In this document: one piece after another, positions 19,926-29,670 of the stretch | Layout of the letters: every line of letters starts with the position of its first letter | Position numbering within the stretch: position 1 is the first letter of the stretch | Assembly (NCBI GenBank): GCA_036263295.1 | Contig: DATAHG010000450.1 | Location: 1-35,677, forward strand | Direction of reading: 5' to 3' | Origin: Thermoanaerobaculia bacterium | GTDB lineage: Bacteria > Acidobacteriota > Thermoanaerobaculia > Multivoradales > UBA5704 | Length of the DNA: 35,677 nt | Program-made: the position numbers and the translations under genes | The notes under the pieces: generated by a model | What the model was told of the DNA's origin: nothing | The model's input: the letters and a program-made list of their open reading frames with translations, nothing else | Databases searched by the model: none

Positions 19926-21260
19926 ATGAGACCAAGACAACGCACCAACTTCATTCTCGCCTGGCTGGGCCTGGCTTTCCTGGGCTTCGCCGGCCCCGGT
20001 CTGCCGCCCGCCGCGGCCCAGTCCATCGGCTCCGCCCAGTCCAGCCTGCTGGGGCTCCCGCTGGTCCTGCCGCCGCTCATCCCCGCCCTGCTGGAGACCG
20101 TGGACTCCCTCGATCTCCTGCAGAAGCTGGGCAACAGCAGCTTCCGGATTCGCGAGAACGCCACTCGCGACCTCGCCAATGCCCTGCTCGGCCAGCAGCT
20201 CACCCTCGCCCAGATCCAGGATGTCCGCCGCTCCGCCAACGGCGAAGGTCTCGGGACCGATCCCGAGATCCGGCGCCGCTCCCGCGACGTGTTCTCGCGC
20301 TACGTCCGGCGAGTGGAGGCGAGCCTTCCCCTGTTCAAAATCCAGATCCTTCTGGATGGAAACTCATCCCTGAACTATCGATTCGGCCCCTATACCGGTC
20401 TGCTCAATCGCAACAACGCCCAGGAGGTCCAGGACTTCAACCGGCTCCAGGACCTCGCCCGGGCGGCCCAGAACGCGCTGACGTCCGGCGACGTTCCGAC
20501 CGCCCAGGCGCGGCTCACCGAGCTCAAGACCTTCCTTTCGGGATTGACCGCGACGCGTTACAGCGGTCTCGGCCTCTACCAGGGGGGCGGCGTCCCCCTG
20601 CCGCAGGCTGCGGCCGCCACCCAGGTCCAGCAGGCGATCGACCAGTTGCCGCAGAGCGCCACCAACATTCAGGGCGCGGCCGGATCGCCGCCCACCGCGC
20701 CGGCCCCGAAGATCCAGATCCACATCCCGACCTCCGGGCCCGCGACTCCGGCGACCGGCTCCTCCTTCCGCCTGATCATCGACACCGTGGTGACCGAGGG
20801 GGAGGTGGACCTCGCCTCCTATTCGGAAGACGAGACCCGGCGCCTGCTGGCGGTGGCCGGCTACGAGGCGGTCAGCCCGGTCTACGACATCGTGACCGAC
20901 GGCGTGGTCCAGATCTCGGGCCAGGTGCAGGTCGGCATCCAGTACTCCGACGGCCTGCTCGACACCCTGCTGTCGAACCCGGGAGAGCTGCAGATCGCCC
21001 GCGTCGCCAACGGCGAGGTCCAGATCCTCCCCACGGTCCTGAACGATCTGCTGAGCGGAGTGCTCTGGGCCTCCTATACGGTCCCCAGCCCTAGCTCGGC
21101 GTCCGGAGGAGTCAGCCTGGCGCCCGTCGGCTCCCGGGTGATCCGCTCCAGCCCGCGGCTGATCAAGCGGGGGGATCTCACCTCGGTCACCGGCAACTCC
21201 GACGACGGCCCCGGGCTCGATCCGTTCGGCGGCTACGTCATCGTTTATCCGAAGCCCTGA
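19926..21260 (+). CDS. hypothetical secreted protein (orphan; no recognisable domain)
   Basis: AAGGAGGA lies 5 nt before the ATG at 19926. The signal peptide is MRPRQRTNFILAWLGLAFLGFAGPGLPPAAAQS. The 444-aa protein is Gln/Leu-rich in its N-terminal half and beta-rich in its C-terminal half. The upstream part of ORF 18987..21260 is antisense to rimP. Confidence 0.6.
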   Translation: MRPRQRTNFILAWLGLAFLGFAGPGLPPAAAQSIGSAQSSLLGLPLVLPPLIPALLETVDSLDLLQKLGNSSFRIRENATRDLANALLGQQLTLAQIQDVRRSANGEGLGTDPEIRRRSRDVFSRYVRRVEASLPLFKIQILLDGNSSLNYRFGPYTGLLNRNNAQEVQDFNRLQDLARAAQNALTSGDVPTAQARLTELKTFLSGLTATRYSGLGLYQGGGVPLPQAAAATQVQQAIDQLPQSATNIQGAAGSPPTAPAPKIQIHIPTSGPATPATGSSFRLIIDTVVTEGEVDLASYSEDETRRLLAVAGYEAVSPVYDIVTDGVVQISGQVQVGIQYSDGLLDTLLSNPGELQIARVANGEVQILPTVLNDLLSGVLWASYTVPSPSSASGGVSLAPVGSRVIRSSPRLIKRGDLTSVTGNSDDGPGLDPFGGYVIVYPKP

Positions 21261-21270
21261 AGAGAGCGCC

Positions 21271-21309
21271 GGGAGCGCCGGCAACTTACCTGCTCAGGCC
21301 GGCGCTCCC
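21271..21309. terminator. 12-bp perfect hairpin between convergent genes (terminator-like, no U-tract)
   Basis: GGGAGCGCCGGC-15 nt-GCCGGCGCTCCC lies between the stops at 21260 (+) and 21318 (-). Confidence 0.45.
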
Positions 21310-21317
21310 AGCCTTCT

Positions 21318-22259
21318 TCAGGACGCCCCGGCCAGGGCCGCCTCCTCCTTGCGGGCGCGCAGCAGCGAGGCCACCACCGCGACCGTCAGGATCAGCGCGA
21401 TCACCCCCAGGGAGATGAACGACGGAATCTTGTACAACTCGACGATCGTCATCTTGACGCCGACGAACACCAGCACGGCCGAGAGGCCGAGCTTCAGGTA
21501 GTGGAACTTGCCCATCACCCCGGCCAGCAGGAAGTAGAGGGAGCGCAGCCCGAGGATCGCGAAGACGTTCGAGGTGTAGACCAGGAACGGATCCCGGGTG
21601 ACGGCGAAGATGGCGGGGATGGAGTCCACGGCGAAGACCAGGTCGGTGGTCTCGATCAGCACCAGCACCAGGAAGAGTGGCGTCGCCGCCCAGCGGCCGG
21701 CCTGCTTCACGAACAGGTGGTCCTTCACATAATCCCTGGTCACCGGCACCAGGCGCCGCACCAGCTTGAGGACCGGGTTGTTCTCCGGGTGCATCTCGCT
21801 GTTCCGGAAGAGCGCCATCTTGAGGCCGGTGAGGATCAGGAAGGCGCCGAAGATGTAGATCACCCAGTGGAACTGGGCGAGCAGGGCCGACCCCGCGAAG
21901 ATGAACGCCGCGCGCATCACCAGGGCGCCGAGGATGCCCCAGAACAGCACCCGGTGCTGGTAGGCCGCCGGCACGCTGAAATAGCCGAAGAGCAGGGCGA
22001 AGACGAAGATGTTGTCGATCGAGAGCGACTTTTCGATCAGGTAGCCGGTGAAGAACTGGAGAGCGGGGTCGGCGCCCTTGAAATACCAGAGCGCGGCGTT
22101 GAAGATCAGGGCGAGAGACACCCAGACCAGGCTCCAGACGGTGGCCTCCCGCATGGAGACCTCATGGGACTTGCGGTGGAAGACGCCGAGATCGAGGGCG
22201 AGCATGGCCAGGATGAAGAGGTTGAACCCCACCCAGAGCCACAAGGAGGTTTCGGGCAT
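21318..22259 (-). CDS. TerC/Alx-family integral membrane protein (putative Mn2+/metal exporter)
   Basis: 313 aa with about 9 TM helices. The TerC-type N-terminus is WLWVGFNLFILAMLALDLGVFHRKSHEVSMREA, with LIEKSLSIDNIFVF and ETTDLVFAVDSIPA motifs. Confidence 0.85.
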   Translation of the reverse strand: MPETSLWLWVGFNLFILAMLALDLGVFHRKSHEVSMREATVWSLVWVSLALIFNAALWYFKGADPALQFFTGYLIEKSLSIDNIFVFALLFGYFSVPAAYQHRVLFWGILGALVMRAAFIFAGSALLAQFHWVIYIFGAFLILTGLKMALFRNSEMHPENNPVLKLVRRLVPVTRDYVKDHLFVKQAGRWAATPLFLVLVLIETTDLVFAVDSIPAIFAVTRDPFLVYTSNVFAILGLRSLYFLLAGVMGKFHYLKLGLSAVLVFVGVKMTIVELYKIPSFISLGVIALILTVAVVASLLRARKEEAALAGAS

Positions 22260-22292
22260 CGCCTATCCTTTCGAGATAGGCCGTGGGAAAGC

Positions 22293-22337
22293 AAAAAGCG
22301 AGACCCCACGGCACAGTCAGTGTCGTGGTGGTCTCGC
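22293..22337 (-). terminator. riboswitch expression platform: intrinsic terminator competing with the aptamer closing helix
   Basis: GCGAGACCACCACG-loop-CGUGGGGUCUCGC followed by UUUUU. The 5' arm reuses the GAGACCACC 3' strand of the aptamer. Confidence 0.8.
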
Positions 22338-22434
22338 TGAAGTGCCGGGGCACTCGAGACGGCCGAGGGTGAAAACCCTGTCTTGACGACCGCCTCTCCC
22401 GGGAACGTCCCGGGCCGCTACTCCCCACCCAAGG
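22327..22434 (-). promoter_or_regulatory. yybP-ykoY (Mn2+) riboswitch aptamer
   Basis: Minus strand: GGUGGGGAGUAGCGGCCCGGGACGUUCCCGGGAGAGGCGGUCGUCAAGACAGGGUUUUCACCCUCGGCCGUCUCGAGUGCCCCGGCACUUCAGCGAGACCACC. It carries the hallmark GGGGAGUAG, GUCGUCAAGA and GAGACC blocks, a GGUGG/CCACC closing helix and three internal hairpins. It lies upstream of a TerC gene, the classic genomic context. Confidence 0.85.
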
Positions 22435-22439
22435 CGGTC

Positions 22440-22445
22440 ATTGTA
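22440..22445 (-). promoter_or_regulatory. possible -10 box (TACAAT) for the riboswitch-TerC transcript
   Basis: TACAAT on the minus strand lies about 6-10 nt upstream of the first aptamer nucleotides. The -35 is weak. Confidence 0.35.
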
Positions 22446-22644
22446 ACCGAAGTGCCGGCCGGCGGATTCCCATGGCCCACCGGCAAAAACGGACCGGGCT
22501 TCTCCTTCGCGGCGTGCCAATTTGGCGCCGCCGGCACGGGCGAGAGTTGAAAAGCCCTTGAAAGCGTTGGGAATATTGGCTGGCAGGGCGCTTGCTTTCT
22601 ATGGAGCATCGAGAGAGTCGGTAAGAAAGGAGAGCGCAACGCTC

Positions 22645-24219
22645 ATGAGCACAACCCGCAGTCGCCACCTCGCAACCATCTTGCTCGTCGTGGGGGCTGT
22701 CATCTTCGGCATGGTGTTGGCGGGAGGCCTCCAGCTCACTGTTCCGGGATCGGCAGAACCCCAGCAGGCGGTCCTGTCCGCCTCGCAGATCGCCAGTTCC
22801 AACGGCGGCGCCATCCGCGCCCTGCCGAGCTTCGCGGACCTGGCCCAGGCGGTCGATCCGGCCGTGGTCTCCATTCAGGCAGCAACAATCGAGAAGAGAC
22901 CGTCCAACCGGGGCGGGGGCGGCGTCGATCCGTTCGAATTTTTCTTCGGACCGCGCCAGCGCCCCGACCAGCAGAACCCCCAGGGGCGCCCGAACCCGCG
23001 CCAGCAGCCGCAGCAGAACCCCGGCCAGGGCCAGGATGAAGAGGACTATCGTTCCGATTCCGGCGGCAGCGGCTTCGTGATCAGCCGCGACGGCCTTGTG
23101 GTGACCAACTATCACGTCATCGAAGGCGCCACCAACGTCAAGGTCCATCTGGGCAACCGCGACTATCCCGCCCAGATCAAGGGCTCCGATCCCGAGACCG
23201 ACATCGCCCTGCTCAAGATCGACGCTGGCAACAGCCTGCGCTATCTCGAGCTGGGAGACAGCGAGACGGTGCGGGTCGGCGACTGGGTGATGGTCATCGG
23301 CAACCCGCTCAACCTCGACAAGACCGTCACCACCGGTGTGGTGAGCGCCAAGGGCCGGTCGCTGGGGATCGGGGACATTTCGTTCGAAAACTTCATCCAG
23401 ACCGACGCCGCCATCAACTTCGGCAACTCGGGCGGCCCGATCGTGGACATGCAGGGCAACGTCATCGCGATCGCCACGGCGATCAACTACGGGGCCGAGA
23501 ACATCGGTTTCGCGGTGCCGGTGAACACGCTCAAGAACATCCTTCCGCAGCTCCGGGAGAAGGGGAAGGTCAGCCGCGGCTACCTGGGCATCGACATCGG
23601 CAACCTCGACTACGAGCAGGCCCAGGCCTTCGGCCTCGACGCCGCCGAGGGCGCCCTGGTCAGCAACGTGCGCCCCGACACGCCGGCGGCCGACGCCGGG
23701 ATCGAGCACGGCGACGTCATCCTCACGGTCGACGGCCGCCCGGTGAAGACCACCCGCGACCTGATCGACTACGTGTCGAGCCGCGGCCCGAGCGCCACGG
23801 TGACCCTGGAGGTCCTGCGCGACGGCAAGCGCCTCAACAAGCAGGTCAAGCTGCGCGAGCGGCCGGCCGACGGCGAGCCGACCGAAGAGGTCGAGAAGCC
23901 GGCGGAGCGCAACCCGATCAACTGGCTGGGCCTGGATTACCAGGAGATCAACCAGAACACCCGCAGCCTCTACGGCCTGCCCCGCGACGTCGACGGAGTG
24001 GTGGTGACGGACGTCCGCGCCACCAGCCCGCTCTACGAGAAGGGGGTGCGGCCGGGCAACGTGATCCTGGAGGTCAACGGCCAGGAGGTGAAGAGCACGG
24101 CCGAATTCGAGAAGACGGTCTCGTCCCTCAAGTCCGGCTCGTTCATGCGGCTGTACCTCGGAGTCTTCGGCTCCAACGGGCAGCGCGGCCAGTTCTTCGC
24201 CGTGACGCGAGTGCCCTGA
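22645..24219 (+). CDS. Do/DegP/HtrA-family periplasmic serine endoprotease with two PDZ domains
   Basis: AAAGGAGAG precedes the ATG at 22645, followed by an N-terminal TM/signal anchor. The trypsin-like domain has TNYHVI, DIALLKI and GNSGGP motifs. Two PDZ-like segments follow (GYLGI.., GALVSNV; GVVVTDV..GNVILEVNG). Confidence 0.9.
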   Translation: MSTTRSRHLATILLVVGAVIFGMVLAGGLQLTVPGSAEPQQAVLSASQIASSNGGAIRALPSFADLAQAVDPAVVSIQAATIEKRPSNRGGGGVDPFEFFFGPRQRPDQQNPQGRPNPRQQPQQNPGQGQDEEDYRSDSGGSGFVISRDGLVVTNYHVIEGATNVKVHLGNRDYPAQIKGSDPETDIALLKIDAGNSLRYLELGDSETVRVGDWVMVIGNPLNLDKTVTTGVVSAKGRSLGIGDISFENFIQTDAAINFGNSGGPIVDMQGNVIAIATAINYGAENIGFAVPVNTLKNILPQLREKGKVSRGYLGIDIGNLDYEQAQAFGLDAAEGALVSNVRPDTPAADAGIEHGDVILTVDGRPVKTTRDLIDYVSSRGPSATVTLEVLRDGKRLNKQVKLRERPADGEPTEEVEKPAERNPINWLGLDYQEINQNTRSLYGLPRDVDGVVVTDVRATSPLYEKGVRPGNVILEVNGQEVKSTAEFEKTVSSLKSGSFMRLYLGVFGSNGQRGQFFAVTRVP

Positions 24220-24254
24220 CCGGGCCCTCTCGTCTCCCGGCTTCCCTGGTTCCC

Positions 24255-24285
24255 AAAAGGCCGGCCCCGCGGGGCCGGCCTTTTT
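24255..24285 (+). terminator. intrinsic (bidirectional-looking) terminator after the htrA-like gene
   Basis: AAAAGGCCGGCCCC-GC-GGGGCCGGCCTTTTT: an 11-bp GC stem flanked by A4 and T5. Confidence 0.85.
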
Positions 24286-24313
24286 CGTCCTCTTTTTGTT
24301 ACACTGCGGAGCA

Positions 24314-25688
<1,375 letters not shown>

Positions 25689-25699
<11 letters not shown>

Positions 25700-26360
25700 C
25701 ATCGGCAAAATCGTCTATCGTCTTCTGGAGGAGAGCGGAGCCTTGCGTCACGGGCACTTCCTGCTGTCCTCGGGCTATCACTCCGGGGCGTACGTGCAGT
25801 GCGCCCTGTTGCTCGAAGACCCGGTCCGCTCGCGGCGGGTGGGCCAGGAGCTGGCCGACCTGTTGCGGCAGTTCCATCCCGACTCGGTGCTGGCGCCCGC
25901 CCTCGGCGGCGTGATCATCGGCCACGAGGTGGCGGCGGCGCTCGGCGTGCCGTTCCGCTTCACCGAGCGCAAGGGGGAGGAGATGGGGCTGCGCCGCGGC
26001 TTCGAGATCAAGCAGGGGGAGCGCGTGGTCATCGTGGAGGATGTGGTGACCACCGGCCGCTCGACCCTGGAGACCGCCTCGCTCGCCACCTCGCGCGGCG
26101 CCCGGGTGGTGGCGATCGGCTCGATCATCGACCGCACCGCCGGACGCGACCCCTTCGACGTGCCGTTCCGCTCGCTTCTGGCGCTCGACCTGCCGTCCTA
26201 CCCGCCGGGCGAGTGCCCGCTCTGCAAGGCGGGCGCGGCGGCGCCGGAAAAGCCCGGCAGCCGGCCCGAGCCCACCGCCGCCGATCACGGCGGGGAAGAC
26301 CCCGAGTCGGCCGCCGGCACGGCCGGCGCCGACCGCGGCCTCGAAGGCGGCGCGGTCTGA
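25689..26360 (+). CDS. pyrE: orotate phosphoribosyltransferase with a short Pro/Ala/Gly-rich C-terminal extension
   Basis: The GTG start is preceded by GGGAGGAG and overlaps the regulator's 3' end by 11 nt. Motifs are GHFLLSSGYHSGAYV, the PRPP loop VVIVEDVVTTGRST, and CPLCKAG. Confidence 0.85.
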
Positions 26361-26392
26361 CCGCCGTCTGACCGCCTCGGGGGGGGGCGGGG

Positions 26393-29089
26393 CTACCCCT
26401 CTCCCCGCAAGGCGAGCTGCGGCTCGATCCGGGCGGCGCGCCGGGCGGGGAGGTAGGAGGCCATGACCGCCACCAGGACCAGCACCGCCGCGACCCCCGC
26501 GAAGGTGGCGGGATCGGTGGCGCTCACCCCGTAGAGCAGGCTGGACATCCCGCGGGTGAGCGCCAGCGCCCCGGCCACGCCGAGCGCGGCGCCGGCCAGC
26601 GCCATCCCGATCCCCTGGCCCACCACCATCCCCAGCACGCGCTCCCGCGTCGCCCCCAGGGCGATGCGGATGCCGATCTCCTGCGTCCGCTGGTTCACCA
26701 GGTACGAGATCACGCCGTAGATGCCGATCGCCGCGAGCACCAGGGCGAGGGCGGCGAAGGTCCCCAGCAGGACCATGTAGAAGCGCGGCTGGGCGACCGA
26801 CTGGGCGACCACGTCGTCCAGGGTCCGCCCGTTGTAGACCGGCAGGTCGGGGGCGAGAGCCCGCACCTCGGAGCGGGCCTGGGCGAGGGCGCTCTCCGGG
26901 TCGCCCGCGGTCCGCAGCACGACGGAGACCGAGCCGATCGGCCACTGGTCGAACGGCGCGTAGACCTCCGGTACCACCTCGTGGTCGAGGCTGACCTGGT
27001 GGACGTCGCCGACCACCCCGACGATCTCCCCGCCGAGCATCTTGTCGTCCTTCCCCCAGCCGATGTTGAGCCGCTGGCCGAGCGGGCTCTCCTCCGGGAA
27101 GAAGCGGCGGACCGCCGCCTGGTTGACCAGCAGCACCGGCTGGCTGCCGTCGCGGTCGCGCGGGCTGAAGCCGCGCCCCTGGAGCAGTGGGATGCCCAGG
27201 GTGCTCAGGTAGTCCGGCGTAACGAGGCGGACCAGCAGGGTCTCATCCTGCCCCGGCGGCCAGGGGGGCTTCCCCTCGATCGTGAAGCTGATGTAGGCGT
27301 TGCCGCTACTGGAGAGCGGCAGGCCGAAGCCGGCCGCGGCTGACCGTACCCCCGGCACGGTGCGCAGCCGCTCCACCAGGTTGGCGACGAAGGCGCGGAC
27401 CGGCGGGTCGTCCGGATACTGGTTCCTGGGCAGGGAGACGTTGAAGGTGGCGACCCCCTCCGGCCGGAAGCCGAGATCGACCCGCTGGAGCTCGGCGAAG
27501 CTGCGGATCAGCAGGCCGGCCGCGGTGAGCAGCAGGACGGCCAGGGCGGTCTCCAGGATGACCAGGGCGTGGCGGGCCCGGCGGCTGCCGGGGCTGCCGA
27601 GCGCCCCCCGGCCGCCCTCCTTGAGGACGCGGTTCAAGTCCGGCCGCGAGGCCTGGAGCGCCGGCGCCAGGCCGAACAGGACGCCGGTGAGGAGCGTCAT
27701 GAACAGGGTGAAAGCGAGCACCGGGCCGTCGAGGCGGACCTCCTGAAGGCGAGGGATCCCCTCGGGCCCGTGCGCCGCCAGGAGCCGCACCGCCCAGAAC
27801 GCCAGCAGGAGGCCCGCCGCGCCCCCCAGGAGCGACAGCAGGACGCTCTCGGTCACGAGCTGGCGGGCGATGCGCCACTGGCCGGCCCCCACCGCGGAGC
27901 GCACCGCGATCTCCCCCTCGCGGCCGGCGGAGCGCACCAGCAGGAGGTTCGCCACGTTGGCGCAGGCGATCAGCAGGACGACGGCGACCGCGCCGAGCAG
28001 GATCAGCAGCGGCGTGCGGACGTCGCCGACGCGGAACTCGGTCAACGGCACCAGGGTGAGACCGTAGCCGGCGTTGGCGTCCGGGAAGGCTTCGGCGAGG
28101 TGCTTGCCGAGCGCCTCGGTGGCGGCCCGCGCCTGCTCGAAGGAGACGCCGGGAGCCAGGCGGGCGATGGACTCGTACTGGTAGGCGCCGCGGTTCTGCT
28201 TGTCGTTCTCGCTGTAGATCCGCGGCGTCCAGATCTCCAGGTCGGCCGGGAACTGGATGCCGTCCGGCATGACGCCCACCACGGTGTACGGCTCGCCGTT
28301 GAGTTGGATGGTCTGGCGCAGGATGCCCGGATCGGCGCCGAAACGGCGGCGCCAGAGCCCTTCGGACAGCACGGCGACGTGGTCGGTGCCGGCGGCGTTC
28401 GCCTGGTCCTCGCCCGCCGCGAAGCCGCGGCCGAGGAGCGGCCGGACCCCGAGGGCGGAGAAGAAGCCGGCCTCGACCTTCTGGCCGGAGAGGCGCTCGG
28501 GCTCCCCCTCCTTGCCGGTAAGATTGAAGGTCTTGGTGTCGACGATCGAGGAGCCCGCGAAGAGTCGCTGGGTCCGCCCCATCTCCTGCCAGTCCACGAT
28601 GTTGGGGGCGGAGCTGGAGGGATCCGTCTCTCCCTCGTAGACCGACAGCATCTGGACCAGGCGGTCGGGCTCGCGGTAGGGGAGGGGGGAGAGCAGCACG
28701 GTGTGGACCACGCTGAAGATCGCGGTCACCGCCCCCGTCCCGAGCGCCAGGGTGAGGATGGCGATCAGCGTGAAGGCCGGGTGCCGCGCGAGCTGGCGGA
28801 CGGCGAAGCGCAGATCCTGGAAGAAGGTCTCGAGCTGGTCCGACCACTTCATCTGTCTCTCCTTGCGGGTGGCGAGATCGCGGCAGTAGTGCCGGGTCCC
28901 TTCGAGATCGCCGAACTGGCGCAGCGCCTCCTGCCGCGCCGTCTCCGGGCTCCAGCCGGCCGCGATCAGGTCCTCGGCGACGCGGTCGAGATGGAAGCTC
29001 AGCTCCTCGTCGATGTCCGCGGCGACCTCCCCGGGCGTGCGCCAGGGGAAGCGGAAGCGGCGGCCCGGGGGCCTTCCAGGGGCGCGCAT
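26393..29089 (-). CDS. ADOP-type duplicated FtsX/MacB-like ABC transporter permease (orphan; no ATPase nearby)
   Basis: 898 aa. A cytoplasmic 'permease prefix' (EVAADIDEELSFHLDRVAEDLIAAGWSPETARQEALRQFGD) is followed by two copies of TM plus large periplasmic MacB_PCD-like domain plus FtsX 3-TM bundle. It starts 10 nt after the padR stop. Confidence 0.85.
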   Translation of the reverse strand: MRAPGRPPGRRFRFPWRTPGEVAADIDEELSFHLDRVAEDLIAAGWSPETARQEALRQFGDLEGTRHYCRDLATRKERQMKWSDQLETFFQDLRFAVRQLARHPAFTLIAILTLALGTGAVTAIFSVVHTVLLSPLPYREPDRLVQMLSVYEGETDPSSSAPNIVDWQEMGRTQRLFAGSSIVDTKTFNLTGKEGEPERLSGQKVEAGFFSALGVRPLLGRGFAAGEDQANAAGTDHVAVLSEGLWRRRFGADPGILRQTIQLNGEPYTVVGVMPDGIQFPADLEIWTPRIYSENDKQNRGAYQYESIARLAPGVSFEQARAATEALGKHLAEAFPDANAGYGLTLVPLTEFRVGDVRTPLLILLGAVAVVLLIACANVANLLLVRSAGREGEIAVRSAVGAGQWRIARQLVTESVLLSLLGGAAGLLLAFWAVRLLAAHGPEGIPRLQEVRLDGPVLAFTLFMTLLTGVLFGLAPALQASRPDLNRVLKEGGRGALGSPGSRRARHALVILETALAVLLLTAAGLLIRSFAELQRVDLGFRPEGVATFNVSLPRNQYPDDPPVRAFVANLVERLRTVPGVRSAAAGFGLPLSSSGNAYISFTIEGKPPWPPGQDETLLVRLVTPDYLSTLGIPLLQGRGFSPRDRDGSQPVLLVNQAAVRRFFPEESPLGQRLNIGWGKDDKMLGGEIVGVVGDVHQVSLDHEVVPEVYAPFDQWPIGSVSVVLRTAGDPESALAQARSEVRALAPDLPVYNGRTLDDVVAQSVAQPRFYMVLLGTFAALALVLAAIGIYGVISYLVNQRTQEIGIRIALGATRERVLGMVVGQGIGMALAGAALGVAGALALTRGMSSLLYGVSATDPATFAGVAAVLVLVAVMASYLPARRAARIEPQLALRGEG

Positions 29090-29099
29090 GCGGCCGCCC

Positions 29100-29432
29100 T
29101 CAGGCGGTCTCCAGGACCTTGAAGACGGCCTCGGCGTACTGGCGCCAGGTCGAGACCTCGAGCTGGAGCTGCCGCCGCCCCTCGTCCGTGAGCTGGTAGA
29201 ACTTGGCCCGCCGGTTGTTTTCGGAGATCCCCCATTCGGAGGCGATCCACTCGCGCTTTTCCAGCCGGTGGAGGGCCTGGTAGAGGGCCGCGTCCTCCAG
29301 GGTGAGCACGCCGTCGGTGCGCTGGCGGATCCACCGCGACACGTCGTAGCCGTGCATCGGTTTCCAGGAGAGGGTCTTGAGGATCAGGACGTCGACGGTC
29401 CCGTGCAGAAGGTCGGTCGATGAGCGTGGCAT
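29100..29432 (-). CDS. PadR-family transcriptional regulator
   Basis: 110 aa: LLHGTVDVLILKTLSWKPMHGYDVSRWI...LYQALHRLEKREWIASEWG.SENNRRAKFYQLTDEGR. The start is the internal ATG at 29432, preceded by GGGGAG. Confidence 0.9.
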   Translation of the reverse strand: MPRSSTDLLHGTVDVLILKTLSWKPMHGYDVSRWIRQRTDGVLTLEDAALYQALHRLEKREWIASEWGISENNRRAKFYQLTDEGRRQLQLEVSTWRQYAEAVFKVLETA

Positions 29433-29437
29433 GTCTA

Positions 29438-29460
29438 CTCCCCTCACGTAATGAGGGGAG
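29438..29460. promoter_or_regulatory. 9-bp perfect inverted repeat (CTCCCCTCA-N5-TGAGGGGAG) overlapping the padR Shine-Dalgarno
   Basis: It lies 6 nt upstream of the padR ATG. It is either a DNA operator or an SD-sequestering mRNA hairpin. Confidence 0.45.
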
Positions 29461-29482
29461 AGTACCGCCCGGGGAGGAGGGA

Positions 29483-29503
29483 TGTCAAACCGCGAGCTTG
29501 ACA
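29483..29503. promoter_or_regulatory. inverted repeat TGTCAA-N9-TTGACA; the minus-strand TTGACA could serve as the padR -35
   Basis: Perfect 6-bp arms. On the minus strand TTGACA is followed by a 17-nt spacer and GTACTC (a weak -10). This makes it a candidate autoregulatory PadR operator. Confidence 0.35.
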
Positions 29504-29670
29504 CGCAACTGCTCACAATGAGGGCAGACTTCGCACTGTTTTGCTGTCTCAAATAGCAGCGCTGCGGAAACTCTTTCACCAGAGGATGACTGACTCTGAG
29601 CTGGAGCCCGCCTCCAGTACGGGGGCTTTGGAGCTGCTGTGCGGTTTTATTTTGTGAGGAAGGGGAGGCT

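Noticed and set aside
22509-22527. TGGCACGCCGCGAAGG on the minus strand, resembling a sigma-54 -24 element.
   Set aside because: The -12 position reads GAAG rather than TTGC, and no gene lies at a suitable distance downstream other than the riboswitch, which has its own -10.
22418-22639. A 73-aa ORF (and 22317..22520, 22162..22428) upstream of the TerC gene.
   Set aside because: The region is explained by the yybP-ykoY riboswitch, its terminator and the divergent htrA promoter region. The ORFs have no SD and a junk-like composition.
29498-29503. TTGACA on the plus strand as a -35 for the ZAS-TPR gene.
   Set aside because: No -10-like hexamer lies 16-18 nt downstream (AGGGCA/GAGGGC), and it is about 170 nt from the start codon. 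It is better explained as one arm of the TGTCAA-N9-TTGACA inverted repeat.
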